From Microcoleus sp. (GTDB lineage: Bacteria; Cyanobacteriota; Cyanobacteriia; Cyanobacteriales; Microcoleaceae), in the NCBI GenBank assembly GCA_042408215.1, contig JAYFMW010000029.1:64001-128000 (forward strand): a stretch of 64,000 nt of DNA, in the 5' to 3' direction. Within the stretch, counting starts at the first letter, position 1. Every line of letters begins with the position of its first letter. Below are positions 9,729 to 19,559 of this stretch, one piece after another. Position numbers and translations under genes: made by a program. The notes below the pieces were generated by a model that was not told the DNA's origin, searched no databases, and was given only the letters and a program-made list of their open reading frames with translations.

Positions 9729-11579
9729 TCAACCCTTCTTCTGGGGTGGCAGCTTAGTTTTCCAATTGGCGATCGCCTTCTGAGCAGGTTGATAACTCTT
9801 GGTACCAGACGGCACCAGCGAAGCAGCTTGAACTGCCTCTTTCAGCCGGCCTTGAGAACTGCGTAACTGAGCAATCTTGAAAATAGTTTCGCTCCACTCT
9901 CCTATCAATCGCTGAGCTTCTTCATACTTCGGCTGACCGGACTTAATTTGATTAGCTTTCTGGATGCCCTTACTGTAAGAAGAGACATCGCCCCGCTTAA
10001 TTTGTGCCTTCGCAGCAGATAGCAGAGCCACATTGATCTGCTGTTCTTTGGATAGCTCCTTCCACTGTGCGATCGCCTCCTGAGACTGATTGTAAGCCGG
10101 CTTATTGAGATCAGGCATCAATTTAGCCGCCCCGATCGCCCCCTGGAAATCGCCCCGAGCCGCCCGCCCGTTAGCTATATCCAAAATCGTCAAACTCCAG
10201 CGATCTATATCCTGCTGAGCCTGCGGGTAAAGCGGATCGGTAGGCGGAATCGTTCGAGCCACTTCCACCGCTTTATTAAAACTCGAAGCCGAACCATCCT
10301 TGAGGAAAGTTTTCGCCTCAGCCCACACCTGCTGGCTCGACGGCTGCGGCTTGCTTTGGGTGCGGGCCGGTACAATCGTCGGGTTGTTCTGCGCTCTACT
10401 GGCACCAGCAGACCTTTGAGGCGGAGGATTCTGGGCCTTCTGGGCCCTCGTGGGAGGGTTTCCTTCCTGCTGGCCTACAAAAATTGACCGATTCGTCACA
10501 AACACACCCAACAACAGCACCAGAGCCGTAGCTCCGCTCCACAAAATTAGCTGCTGCAAAAATGACTTGTCCGACCCCACAGGCTCCAAATCCTCCGGCT
10601 TTTGCAAATTCGGTCGCTCCTCACCCCCGTCCGTCGGCCGGACTGTATTCGGTGCAGATACCTGACTCGGCATCTGGGCTGGCGATTCCTCAGAAGTACG
10701 AGCCGCCGCCGGCAACTCCTCTTTGACAAACAACTGAGCCGTCGCCGTGGCCATTTGCGGGCGATCGTACCCATTAATCTCGGCCCCAACCGCCACATTG
10801 CCGTTGCGTCCCGCCAACGCAGTAGTTGGCATCTCAGAGACATCCGGCAAAATCACCAAATGAGCTTTTCCCGGAGGATTCACCACCATCAAAGGTTCCT
10901 GTTTGGGACGCAAATGGTGGTCGCACAGCTCAGGCAGTCGATCGCTCAAAAAGCGGTCTAAACCCTTAACCGTCATGCACTGGCCCGATCGCAGCCCCTC
11001 CAAAAGCGCCGTCGTAAAAAACCCTTGGCGGAGAGCAGAAGTTTCCCGCGAAACTTGATTCGGGCGACAAGAAAGCAGCGTGGGAATTTCCAAATCCCGC
11101 GCCAACTGGGCCGTTTCCACCCCGATAGTTTCCCCCGCTTTCACGCTCTGGCTGCGGTTCATGTCAACCAGCACCAACACCGTTTCCGTAGGAGCATTTT
11201 TCAGAGTATTCAACAGCAACTGTACCGGAATCCCCGTACCCTGAATGTCCGCCGGATTACCATCCACCGGCATCAAATAATCCTTGCCTTCATAGCTGAC
11301 ACCGTAGCCACTAAAAAAACACCAGAGTACATCTCCTTGTTTCAGGTGTTCGGTACACAGAGTTTCCGTCAACCTCAGAATATTTTCCCGATTTGGATAA
11401 GTTGAGTGACCCCACAGCGACGGACTCGTATCCGTCATCAGTAGACATCCATCTGGCGAAAAACCAGCCTCCTCAACCAAAAAAGCGTACAGTCCCTCTG
11501 CATCCAATGCGGCATAACTCAAAGGCTGGAGTAACTGATATTGATTAATGCCTATGGCAATACAAGCGTGATGTTTCAT
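9729..11579 (-). CDS. membrane-anchored caspase-family (peptidase C14) pseudo-orthocaspase
   Basis: AIGINQY, FFSGYG (His to Tyr), LVDMNRS (Cys to Asn), one TM helix, C-terminal helical repeats (A+..I..W). Confidence 0.9.
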   Translation of the reverse strand: MKHHACIAIGINQYQLLQPLSYAALDAEGLYAFLVEEAGFSPDGCLLMTDTSPSLWGHSTYPNRENILRLTETLCTEHLKQGDVLWCFFSGYGVSYEGKDYLMPVDGNPADIQGTGIPVQLLLNTLKNAPTETVLVLVDMNRSQSVKAGETIGVETAQLARDLEIPTLLSCRPNQVSRETSALRQGFFTTALLEGLRSGQCMTVKGLDRFLSDRLPELCDHHLRPKQEPLMVVNPPGKAHLVILPDVSEMPTTALAGRNGNVAVGAEINGYDRPQMATATAQLFVKEELPAAARTSEESPAQMPSQVSAPNTVRPTDGGEERPNLQKPEDLEPVGSDKSFLQQLILWSGATALVLLLGVFVTNRSIFVGQQEGNPPTRAQKAQNPPPQRSAGASRAQNNPTIVPARTQSKPQPSSQQVWAEAKTFLKDGSASSFNKAVEVARTIPPTDPLYPQAQQDIDRWSLTILDIANGRAARGDFQGAIGAAKLMPDLNKPAYNQSQEAIAQWKELSKEQQINVALLSAAKAQIKRGDVSSYSKGIQKANQIKSGQPKYEEAQRLIGEWSETIFKIAQLRSSQGRLKEAVQAASLVPSGTKSYQPAQKAIANWKTKLPPQKKG

Positions 11580-12096
11580 AAAAAAATTCGGTAAGTGGGA
11601 AACTCAGTCACCAAGAGTGCTGAGAGGGAAACGGCAAGGCGGTTTCAACACTTCGACTTCGCGAGGGTGACCGCCGCCTTGAATCTTTCCATTACAGCGA
11701 TCGGGAATTGCTTAATGGGAGTGTACTTTTGTAATGTACTTTCAGTGGGACTCGGCGGAGTTGATCCGCTCGCGTAGCCGAAGGGCGAGCGTGCATCCCA
11801 ATTACCACTTCAAACTTCGCAATCCTGTACGCATAATGTTCGCTCCTTGCGGAGCCTCCCTTTCGGGGTAATGTTAGCTTGCCCCTTAGTTAACGGTCGG
11901 TACTATATCTAGGACACTGATTTAACTCAATAAGTCTGTTTAATCCTAGATTTCTAGAGCAGGGAACTAGCGAGAGCATTCCCTGGTAGGTCTTTAACTC
12001 TTACCGTTAACGTAGTACGCAGGGTACTGAGTCTGGTCAACTGCGATTTAAGTCTTAGGCTAGAAGCGAGCGTGTCTTTAGACCTGGGTCGTTGAC
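11580..12096 (-). mobile_element. non-autonomous IS200/IS605 element carrying a HEARO/omegaRNA, no iscB
   Basis: Minus strand GTCAAC...GTTGACCAGACTCAG...CTACGTT...GCTAGTTCCCTGCTCT...TTAAACAG...AAGCTAACATTACCCC; plus strand TCAT target, GAAA guide and CTCAG/CTGAG hairpin at one end, TGAC at the other. Confidence 0.85.
11860..12096 (-). ncRNA. HEARO / IscB omegaRNA scaffold
   Basis: Ordered HEARO hallmark motifs as above; 3' boundary approximate. Confidence 0.75.
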
Positions 12097-12713
12097 CGCC
12101 TTAAATACATAGTAAACAGCTTGCACAAAACGATAACACATCGCCGCTTCAGGTTAACCCCACACAGGTAGAAGTCAATCGATTTGAGATTTGAGATTTG
12201 AGATTTGAGATTTGAGAGGCGACCCCACGGCCTGTACCGTTCTCCGGTTGCTCGGAGCGGTAAATCAACCTAATTAAACCTAAAACGCTATAGCGATGCC
12301 GCTCCCCCACAAATGAAGGCGAATTCGGGGATCTGGGTGTTCTGTTTTTTGACGTTTTTTATTTCTGGACGGATGAATCCGGGGGCAAGAGACCCTATTG
12401 CTTTCGGTCACAACCAACCAAAAACTGAAAATGCCAGAATTTTTGAGATGGCAGTCAAAAAATCTGCCCTGTACCTTTGGAATAATCAGGTTAAATTAAA
12501 TACATAGGCCGGTCAATTGGCGATCGGAGTTGATCGGCTCAAAAGACCAACAATTGCCGGCAAGCAATAGTACCTTCCCCTTGGAGGAAGTGTTCAGTGG
12601 CTACCTTGCCAAAGTTTTCGTATTTGCAAAGACAGTACCTGCCTGACTATCCTAAAACTTTGCCATTTGACCTGAATTTTCAGCAAACTACACCAAAAAG
12701 GAGTAACCTAAAT

Positions 12714-13415
12714 ATGGTCTCTACCGCCAACAAAGAAATCTCCGTCCCAACCGACTCCCTCCTGAAACAAAAGTATCCTAAAAGTCATGCCCACTATAGG
12801 TTTCAGGACTTTTTTGTATTCGATCGCCAGATGGGGACCATTAACGACTGGAATGAGTCGCGCAACATTTTTACCAGCGAAGACTTCATTATCGGTTTGG
12901 TGGAGGGACTAGAAGAAGAAGTAGGCCCTGCTTCCTCAGTGATCATGTATACTATTGGTTGCCAGTGGGGAGTCCAAGATTCCGAATTTTTTCAAAAATG
13001 GTTTAGTGCCGAATTCGGTCAAAACATTCGCCAGTCAAATCTGATGTTTTTGCTAGAAACTTGGTGGTGGCCGTTCACAGCTCAAGGTTGGGGTCGCTGG
13101 CAAGTGGATATGAGCGATCGTAAACAAGGCTGCATCTTCATCAACCTCTTTGACTCAGCAGTTGCTCGCACATTAGGCGACGTTGGCAAACCCGTTTGTC
13201 ATCTTTACGCCGGTTTGTTCGCCGGTTTCTTTGGCTCTCTAGTCAAAAAACCTCTGAGCTGCATAGAACTCCAATGTTACTCAATGGGAGAAAGCTATTG
13301 CAAATTCCTGCTAGGAAACCCCGACAAAATTGATGCTGCTGCATTTTGGCTTAACGAAGGTGCCAACGCCCGCGACATTCAAAACCGACTGCAAAACGGT
13401 GAAATATTGCGGTAA
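12714..13415 (+). CDS. V4R-domain protein (Slr0144-like, Pap cluster)
   Basis: AGGAG RBS before ATG 12714; GWGRW, PVCHLYAG, CIELQC...C V4R motifs. Confidence 0.88.
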   Translation: MVSTANKEISVPTDSLLKQKYPKSHAHYRFQDFFVFDRQMGTINDWNESRNIFTSEDFIIGLVEGLEEEVGPASSVIMYTIGCQWGVQDSEFFQKWFSAEFGQNIRQSNLMFLLETWWWPFTAQGWGRWQVDMSDRKQGCIFINLFDSAVARTLGDVGKPVCHLYAGLFAGFFGSLVKKPLSCIELQCYSMGESYCKFLLGNPDKIDAAAFWLNEGANARDIQNRLQNGEILR

Positions 13416-13615
13416 ACAACCCACCGCTAAATCGAGATACCGATTTGGAATGCCACTCAAAATTTAGCTTGCATTCCCGTTGGAAAAAGTAAGGCAAGTT
13501 CTGCCTGATGTTAAGCCTGTGGATTGGTAGGAGCCGACTCCCCATTCGGGAAACAGGAAGTGAACGTTAGTTTACAATGAGTAGGTTTGAGTAAGTTTCA
13601 CAGAACGGAAGACAG

Positions 13616-13882
13616 ATGAAAATTCAAACTTCGTGGTTAGAGAAGTCTGTTCAAGACTTCTTTGGTCACTATAACTGGCTGGGAACACCTTTAGAAACCC
13701 CAAATGGCTCAGCCCCTGGTCAATTACTGACCTTAACCATGCCAGTAGCAGACTTTTTTCGGGCTATTTCTTGGGAAGGAATTCCCGAAGTAGGTGCCAT
13801 ACCCCCACCGCCGCCCTTGCCAGTAATTTCTGTTTATGAACCGGCCGAAGTCACTATTGACGACCTATTCGACCTGTTTTAA
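13616..13882 (+). CDS. small conserved protein of the V4R/Pap cluster
   Basis: Two internal (S/P)V.DFF...W repeats and acidic C-terminus; co-oriented within the cluster. Confidence 0.75.
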   Translation: MKIQTSWLEKSVQDFFGHYNWLGTPLETPNGSAPGQLLTLTMPVADFFRAISWEGIPEVGAIPPPPPLPVISVYEPAEVTIDDLFDLF

Positions 13883-13917
13883 GGCTTCTGGGGAATGGAA
13901 AATGACCAAGAGTTAAT

Positions 13918-14060
13918 ATTGGCAATTGGTAATTGGTTATTTGTTATTGGTTATTTGTTATTGGTTATTTGTTATTGGTGATTAGGAAAACAACTAACAA
14001 ATAACAACTGAGCGCTACCAACTGACAACTGCCAACTGCCAACTGCCAACTGCCAACTGA
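13918..14060. repeat. STRR-type heptamer tracts (TTATTTG/TTATTGG; CAACTGC)
   Basis: Tandem 7-mers in intergenic space. Confidence 0.85.
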
Positions 14061-14100
14061 CTTCCTTCGATCAATTACCGATTACCACTTAATTAAAATC

Positions 14101-14574
14101 ATGCACCCTGAGATTGAAGCACTTCTAGATCAGGCTGAAAATCGCTTTCTCAAAGCCGAAGAACTCACAGCCTTTAAGCGTCAAGCTGCCACCCTCTCCC
14201 AGCGATTAAAAATTTACGAATTCTTGCGAGAAAAGGAAGAAAGCATCTTTCAGCCAGTAGCCAACAAGCTACAAGAAACCTTCCCAGACGAACAACAAGA
14301 AACCCTCGAACGAGCGCTAAAACATTGGTTATTAGTCTTGCGCTACTGCGCTATGGCCATGCTGCTCAACGATCAAGCTTTTCTAGAACAGCGCCTCCTA
14401 GACTGGCTTTCCGGCATAGTTGAAGCCCACCAAACTCAAAAAATCGAAGCAACTATTTGCAATCTCCTGCAAACTCGTTTGAAAGAATTACTTTCAGAGC
14501 AAGCCAGGGCTATATTGCAACCATTTTTAGACCAAGCACAATCAATTATTATTGGTATAGGTCATCCAGAATAG
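14101..14574 (+). CDS. phycobiliprotein-like globin-fold protein
   Basis: AENRFLK.EEL...LRYCAMAMLLND...RLLDWL pattern of the phycobilisome-protein family. Confidence 0.8.
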   Translation: MHPEIEALLDQAENRFLKAEELTAFKRQAATLSQRLKIYEFLREKEESIFQPVANKLQETFPDEQQETLERALKHWLLVLRYCAMAMLLNDQAFLEQRLLDWLSGIVEAHQTQKIEATICNLLQTRLKELLSEQARAILQPFLDQAQSIIIGIGHPE

Positions 14575-14597
14575 GCAACAGGTAACAGATCTCAAAA

Positions 14598-14867
14598 AGT
14601 CAGTAGTCATTAGTCAGTAGTCATTAGTCAGTAGTCATTAGTCAGTAGTCAGTAGTCATTAGTCAGTAGTCATTAGTCAGTAGTCATTAGTCAGTAGTCA
14701 GTAGTCATTAGTCATTAGTTATTTGTTATTGGTTATTTGTTATTGGTTGCTTCCAATGCCCAATGCCCAATGCCCAATGCCCCATGCCCCATGCCCCATG
14801 CCCCATGCCCCATGCCCCATGCCCCATGCCCCATGCCCCATGCCCAATTCCCAATTCCCAATTCCCA
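14598..14867. repeat. STRR tracts (AGTCATT/AGTCAGT, TTATTGG, CCCCATG, CCCAATT)
   Basis: Four abutting heptamer families. Confidence 0.95.
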
Positions 14868-15530
14868 ATGATTAATATTGCCGACCTACTCAAACAGCCC
14901 CGCCTCCCAGGAAACTACTTTGCTAGCGATGCCTACGTGCGAGGCGACCTCGAACTCGGCTTGCTCGAAAATCGCCGGGGCGGGAGGCTCCTAGCACTTC
15001 CAGAAACACTGATTCAAGCCATTTACATCGGCTTAGAACAAGAAACCGGTCAAGCTTCCCACCTAGTGCTATTCAACTGCGGCCGCTGGTGGGGCAAAAA
15101 CTTCTACGTGCGTTTTTGCGAAGAAGTCAGCGAATACTACGGTCAGCCAGTTTCCGAAATGGAAATGGTAGAATTTATTCAGTGCCTACAACAGTGTTGG
15201 AAGACTCACGGATGGGGAACATTTGAACTTGACCCCAGCTATTCCTCACAGGGATTTTTAATAGTAAAAATTGCTAACTCTCTTTTTGCTAAAACAGCCC
15301 CTAAGTCGAAGCTACCAGCCTGTTTTCTAGAAGCAGGCATTTTAAGTTCGTTCTTTACTAAACTCACAGGTCGAGAACTCCACTGTCTACAAACATCCTG
15401 CGAATCCTTGGGTTCTGACTGTAACCGCTTTATTTTAGGGCTACGCGATCGCCTCCAACCAGCAGATTCTATGGTCGAAGAAGGACAAGAACACGAAACC
15501 ATTATCAGTCAACTTTGTCAAAAAAACTGA
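14868..15530 (+). CDS. V4R-domain protein (Slr0147-like)
   Basis: Start MINIADL at ATG 14868; [24 protein letters not shown] motifs. Confidence 0.88.
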   Translation: MINIADLLKQPRLPGNYFASDAYVRGDLELGLLENRRGGRLLALPETLIQAIYIGLEQETGQASHLVLFNCGRWWGKNFYVRFCEEVSEYYGQPVSEMEMVEFIQCLQQCWKTHGWGTFELDPSYSSQGFLIVKIANSLFAKTAPKSKLPACFLEAGILSSFFTKLTGRELHCLQTSCESLGSDCNRFILGLRDRLQPADSMVEEGQEHETIISQLCQKN

Positions 15531-15879
15531 CTTGTTTGATAGCTATTAGTTTCTTGCTAATAGCTGTCATGTCGATCGATTTAATTGAAGCGCTTTCATC
15601 GCTCGTATCGGCGGAACGGGGAGTTAAATTATCAAAACTTAAACAGTTTAAATAAGCAATATTTAAGCTAAAAAAAACACTTATTTAGTCCTGGACGCAC
15701 GCTTTTACCTAATTATGTCATTCTGAGGGTCGCGAAGCATCTCAAACCCTTTCCACACCGTTACAATGCGTAAGTCCTGTTATTGTCAAGACCAACTCAA
15801 CAATTCACAACTCATAATTCCCCAAATAACTCATAACTTTTAAAACTACCAACAACCCCAAACTTTAGTTTCAAACTCA

Positions 15880-17043
15880 ATGGATGCCAATGAACTCCTA
15901 AATCGATATGCAGCCGGCGAAAGAGATTTTAGACAAGCCAACCTGCGCGGTATCGTCCTGAGTACGCTCGACTTATACAGATCCAGCGATGCCCCGACTC
16001 TAATTTTGTCAAACCTGAACGAACACCAGATTCGACCCTACTTAATCGGTGCTAACTTCAGCGGAGCCGACCTCATAGGAGCTCATCTCGGTCGGGCCAA
16101 CCTCAGCAAAGCCGACTTCAGCGGAGCCAATCTCACGGGCGCTAACCTGTTCGCAGCAAGTCTCAGTGGCGCCAATCTCACCGGCGCAAACCTCACCGAC
16201 GCCAATCTGTCAGGAGCTCACCTGAATTGGGCTAACCTGAGGGTCGCAATTCTCGCCAACGCCAATCTCACAGGTGCAGACATCAGCGCGGCCAACCTCA
16301 GCAATGCCGTTCTCAGCCATGCCAATCTCCAAAAAGCCTATCTGATTAAAGCCAACCTCAAAGAGGCAAACCTTAAAGATGCAGACTTAACTCTAGCTAG
16401 TCTCAAAGAAGCAGACTTGAGTGAAGCAGACCTCACCGGAGCAGAATTGTCCAAAGTCAACCTAGCCGGAGCGAATTTGACCCGCGCTAAGTTAACCAAA
16501 GCCAACCTATTAAAAGCTAATCTCCGGCGAGCCAACCTCACGGAAGCCTATTTAAATTATGCGTGTTTGGGCGAATCAGACCTCACTGAAGCTTGCTTGA
16601 ACAGAGCCAATTTGACCAAGGCAGATTTGAGTAAGACCTATCTCAGAAAGATCACTTTGAATGGCAGCCACTTAAGCGGTGTCAACTTCAATGGAGCCGA
16701 CCTCAGCGGTGTAGACTTGAGCCGGAAACTTTTAACCGGAATCAATTTGGCAGAAGCATTATTAAACGAAGCCAACTTCAGCGGTGCTTATCTCATGGAA
16801 GCTAACCTGAGTGGAGCTAACCTCACCAATGCTAACTTTAGTAATGCCTACTTGATCAATGCCAACCTTTCTGATGCTTGCCTCGATCATGTTGACTTGA
16901 GCCAAGCTAATTTGACTAAGGCGGACTTGCGAAAAGCTGATTTGACAGGAGCAAACCTCCGAGGAGCCATTCTCGCCGGGGCAGATTTGAGAGGAGTAAA
17001 ACTGATGGCAACAATTCTCCCCAATGGTAAAACTTACCACTAA
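15880..17043 (+). CDS. pentapeptide repeat protein
   Basis: MDANELLNRYAAGERDF N-terminus followed by long A(N/D)Lxx repeats. Confidence 0.95.
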   Translation: MDANELLNRYAAGERDFRQANLRGIVLSTLDLYRSSDAPTLILSNLNEHQIRPYLIGANFSGADLIGAHLGRANLSKADFSGANLTGANLFAASLSGANLTGANLTDANLSGAHLNWANLRVAILANANLTGADISAANLSNAVLSHANLQKAYLIKANLKEANLKDADLTLASLKEADLSEADLTGAELSKVNLAGANLTRAKLTKANLLKANLRRANLTEAYLNYACLGESDLTEACLNRANLTKADLSKTYLRKITLNGSHLSGVNFNGADLSGVDLSRKLLTGINLAEALLNEANFSGAYLMEANLSGANLTNANFSNAYLINANLSDACLDHVDLSQANLTKADLRKADLTGANLRGAILAGADLRGVKLMATILPNGKTYH

Positions 17044-17066
17044 ATTAAGTAGCTGTTTTGGATTGA

Positions 17067-17537
17067 TTATTTGCCCAATAAAGTGCGGTCCATCTCCAGA
17101 ATCGGCAAAAATAGGCTGGCTTCTTCAGCAGTGAGATATTGTTTGATCACCTTTTGCATGACATCGTAAGTCACGGCTGAAATATGTTTAACTTGAACAG
17201 CGCCCAAAATAGTTTGTAACCACAGTAAAAGCCGATCGCGCAACCGTTCAGTATCATTCATTAACAGTGCAGCAGTCGAGTGCCTCAACACCTGCACAGT
17301 ATCTCCGCGAAACTTGGCAGTCACGTCTTGAGACCCCCGCCGAAATAAACTGGGGTCTAGAGACTGCATTTGCGCTTCCACTTGGCTAAGAATTTCTTTT
17401 TCAGAGGCTTGAATTTTTTTATACGCACTCATCCTGTGGTTCAAAGACTGAAAGTAGTCTTTCAAAAATTGGAGTTCGACCGCAGAGGCATAGCGTCCAT
17501 CTGCTTCCATGCTTAAACGCGCAAGTTGACTCAACAT
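17067..17537 (-). CDS. phycobiliprotein-like globin-fold protein (Slr0149-like)
   Basis: EADGRYAS..EL...LRHSTAALLMND...RLLLWLQTI. Confidence 0.82.
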   Translation of the reverse strand: MLSQLARLSMEADGRYASAVELQFLKDYFQSLNHRMSAYKKIQASEKEILSQVEAQMQSLDPSLFRRGSQDVTAKFRGDTVQVLRHSTAALLMNDTERLRDRLLLWLQTILGAVQVKHISAVTYDVMQKVIKQYLTAEEASLFLPILEMDRTLLGK

Positions 17538-17653
17538 ATTAGTTTTCTCTTTCGGGCAACAATCTATTTAATTACAAGATATCAAGTTTTAACTTGACCC
17601 GCCCATTCCTCCCTAACTAGATCCGTTACTCACTCCGATTCAGTGTCGGTAGT

Positions 17654-18136
17654 TCACGCTTCTCTGGTGCGAACTAAATACTGTCCTACTTGCAAGCGGG
17701 TTTCATTAAGCTGAGTGACGATCGAGCGAGTGATCAACTTTCCCGATTCTACAACTACTTGACCCGTAATTGGATGTAGCAAATCTTGCTGAGCTCGGCG
17801 ACCGATCAGAGCTTCCACATTTTCAATAGCATTGATGTACATCCCCGCAGGTATCTGCACAACCACGCCTTCGCCTATAATTTCAGCCTGACAAGCCAGC
17901 CGCGAATTGGCTTTAGCCGTAGTAATGACCTCCAGCGTCCTCCTCTCCCGACGGTTCATCCCAGACAAGCCTGCCATGCCTTCTTTAATGTAGACGTGGC
18001 AAGTAGCGCACATCCCCCGGCCCCCGCATTCCTTGAGAACGTCTAAGTCTTTGGAAATTAAGGCAGACAGGATATTCGATCGCGTTTCGACTGCCATTTC
18101 TTCGGCAATTGGGTCTAATTTAATAATTTTGACCAT
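17654..18136 (-). CDS. 2Fe-2S ferredoxin with C-terminal extension (Fd5/Slr0148-like)
   Basis: CGGRGMCATC...RLACQ cluster motif. Confidence 0.9.
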   Translation of the reverse strand: MVKIIKLDPIAEEMAVETRSNILSALISKDLDVLKECGGRGMCATCHVYIKEGMAGLSGMNRRERRTLEVITTAKANSRLACQAEIIGEGVVVQIPAGMYINAIENVEALIGRRAQQDLLHPITGQVVVESGKLITRSIVTQLNETRLQVGQYLVRTREA

Positions 18137-18169
18137 ATTGATTTTTCATCCTGTCAAGTTGAGTGTTTA

Positions 18170-19503
18170 TTGACATCCTCCCCGGCGTGAACGCGCGGGG
18201 ATTCCAAGAATCACTTCTTAGTTTTCCTCTTTCCCCGACTCGGCTTACTTGAAGGAGTTTCCTCACCCAAATAGAGGTCGATGTCTCCCGAGGCGTTTAA
18301 CGTTCCCGTGTGCCCCACGGTACGAATTGCTAATTCAAGTATGTTGATAGCTGCGTTCCAGTCTCGGTCTAATACAAACCCACAATGATGACATTTATGA
18401 GTTCTTTGACTCAACGATTTATGGACAACTTCCCCGCAATTAGAGCAATTCTGGCTAGTATAGTGTGGCGGTACAGCTACTGTTGCCACCCCAAACACCA
18501 GGCCAAAATACTCTACCCATTGACGGAAAGCCGACCATGCAGCATCATTTATAGACTTAGCCAATTTTCGGTTTCTCACCATATTTCGCACCTGCAAATC
18601 CTCGTAGGCTACCAAGTCGTTAGACTGGACTACGCACCTTGCCAATTTCACGGCAAAGTCTTGACGCTGCCTACTTACTTTCAGGTGTTTGCGACTGAGG
18701 CGATTTCTCGCTTTGACTCGATTTTGAGAACCTTTCTTGGTTCGAGAAAGTTTACGGGACAATCGCTTGAGAACTTTTTCGGACTTTCTGAGATGTCGTG
18801 GGTTTTCAACAGTTTGCCCGTTATAATCGGTGTAGAAGTGAGTCAACCCAACATCAAGCCCGATGGTTTTACCTGTTGGTTCCCATTTTTCAATTCGTTC
18901 AGCGTCGATACAAAACTGAGCGTAATACCCATCGGCACGACGGACAACGCGCACTCGTTTGAGCTGCTTCAAGGCGTAGAAATGCAAGTCACGAGTCCCC
19001 CACAACTTGAAACTTCCTGCTTCAAAGCCATCGGTGAATGCGATCGTTCTTCTGTCGGACGACAGCTTATAACCTGTGGTTTTGTATTCCACAGAACTGT
19101 GAGTTTGATGTTTCTTGAAACGTGGAAAACCTTTTTTCCCAGGCTTGCCCTTTTTACAGTTGTCGTAGAACCGAGAGATGGCAGACCAAGCTCGTTCGGC
19201 GGATGCTTGCCTTGCCATCGAGTTAAGATTGCCAGCCCAAGGGAATTTTTGGGCGAGAACGGCGCAATACGCACTCAGATCGGATCGTCCGATGCCTTGG
19301 TTGTCCATCCAGTATCTGATGCAACTATTGCGAACAAATCTGGCAGTACGAATGGCTGCATCGAGTCGATCGTACTGTTGTTTTGTTCCCTCAAGTTTTG
19401 CTTCAAATACCAACATCTTACGTTGTCGCTCTCGGCATAAATCATTGTACCGCAAAATCAAAAAGCCGTCCTATAAGGACGGGGCTTTAAACCCATTTTT
19501 CCG
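18170..19503 (-). mobile_element. IS200/IS605-family element with solo tnpB
   Basis: Minus strand: TTAC target (19504-19507), AAAG guide, CCGTCC/GGACGG left hairpin; GAAT guide, CCCCG/CGGGG right hairpin, TCAA end at 18170. Confidence 0.92.
18211..19416 (-). CDS. tnpB: RNA-guided endonuclease TnpB
   Basis: GLDVG, YEDL, CSNC/CHHC zinc finger, DRDWNAA; start at MLVFEAKL. Confidence 0.95.
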   Translation of the reverse strand: MLVFEAKLEGTKQQYDRLDAAIRTARFVRNSCIRYWMDNQGIGRSDLSAYCAVLAQKFPWAGNLNSMARQASAERAWSAISRFYDNCKKGKPGKKGFPRFKKHQTHSSVEYKTTGYKLSSDRRTIAFTDGFEAGSFKLWGTRDLHFYALKQLKRVRVVRRADGYYAQFCIDAERIEKWEPTGKTIGLDVGLTHFYTDYNGQTVENPRHLRKSEKVLKRLSRKLSRTKKGSQNRVKARNRLSRKHLKVSRQRQDFAVKLARCVVQSNDLVAYEDLQVRNMVRNRKLAKSINDAAWSAFRQWVEYFGLVFGVATVAVPPHYTSQNCSNCGEVVHKSLSQRTHKCHHCGFVLDRDWNAAINILELAIRTVGHTGTLNASGDIDLYLGEETPSSKPSRGKRKTKK

Positions 19504-19559
19504 GTAAGTACGATCGAGATATTGAAAGCCAAAATAATTCTGGCTAACACTCAAAAACG

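Noticed and set aside
11721..11743. 23-bp motif as a LexA or NtcA box
   Set aside because: Spacing does not fit GTA-N8-TAC, and the best fit to RGTAC-N3-DGTWC has two mismatches
18385..19440. 351-aa plus-strand ORF
   Set aside because: Antisense shadow of tnpB; likewise the long shadows over the HtrA and M23 genes
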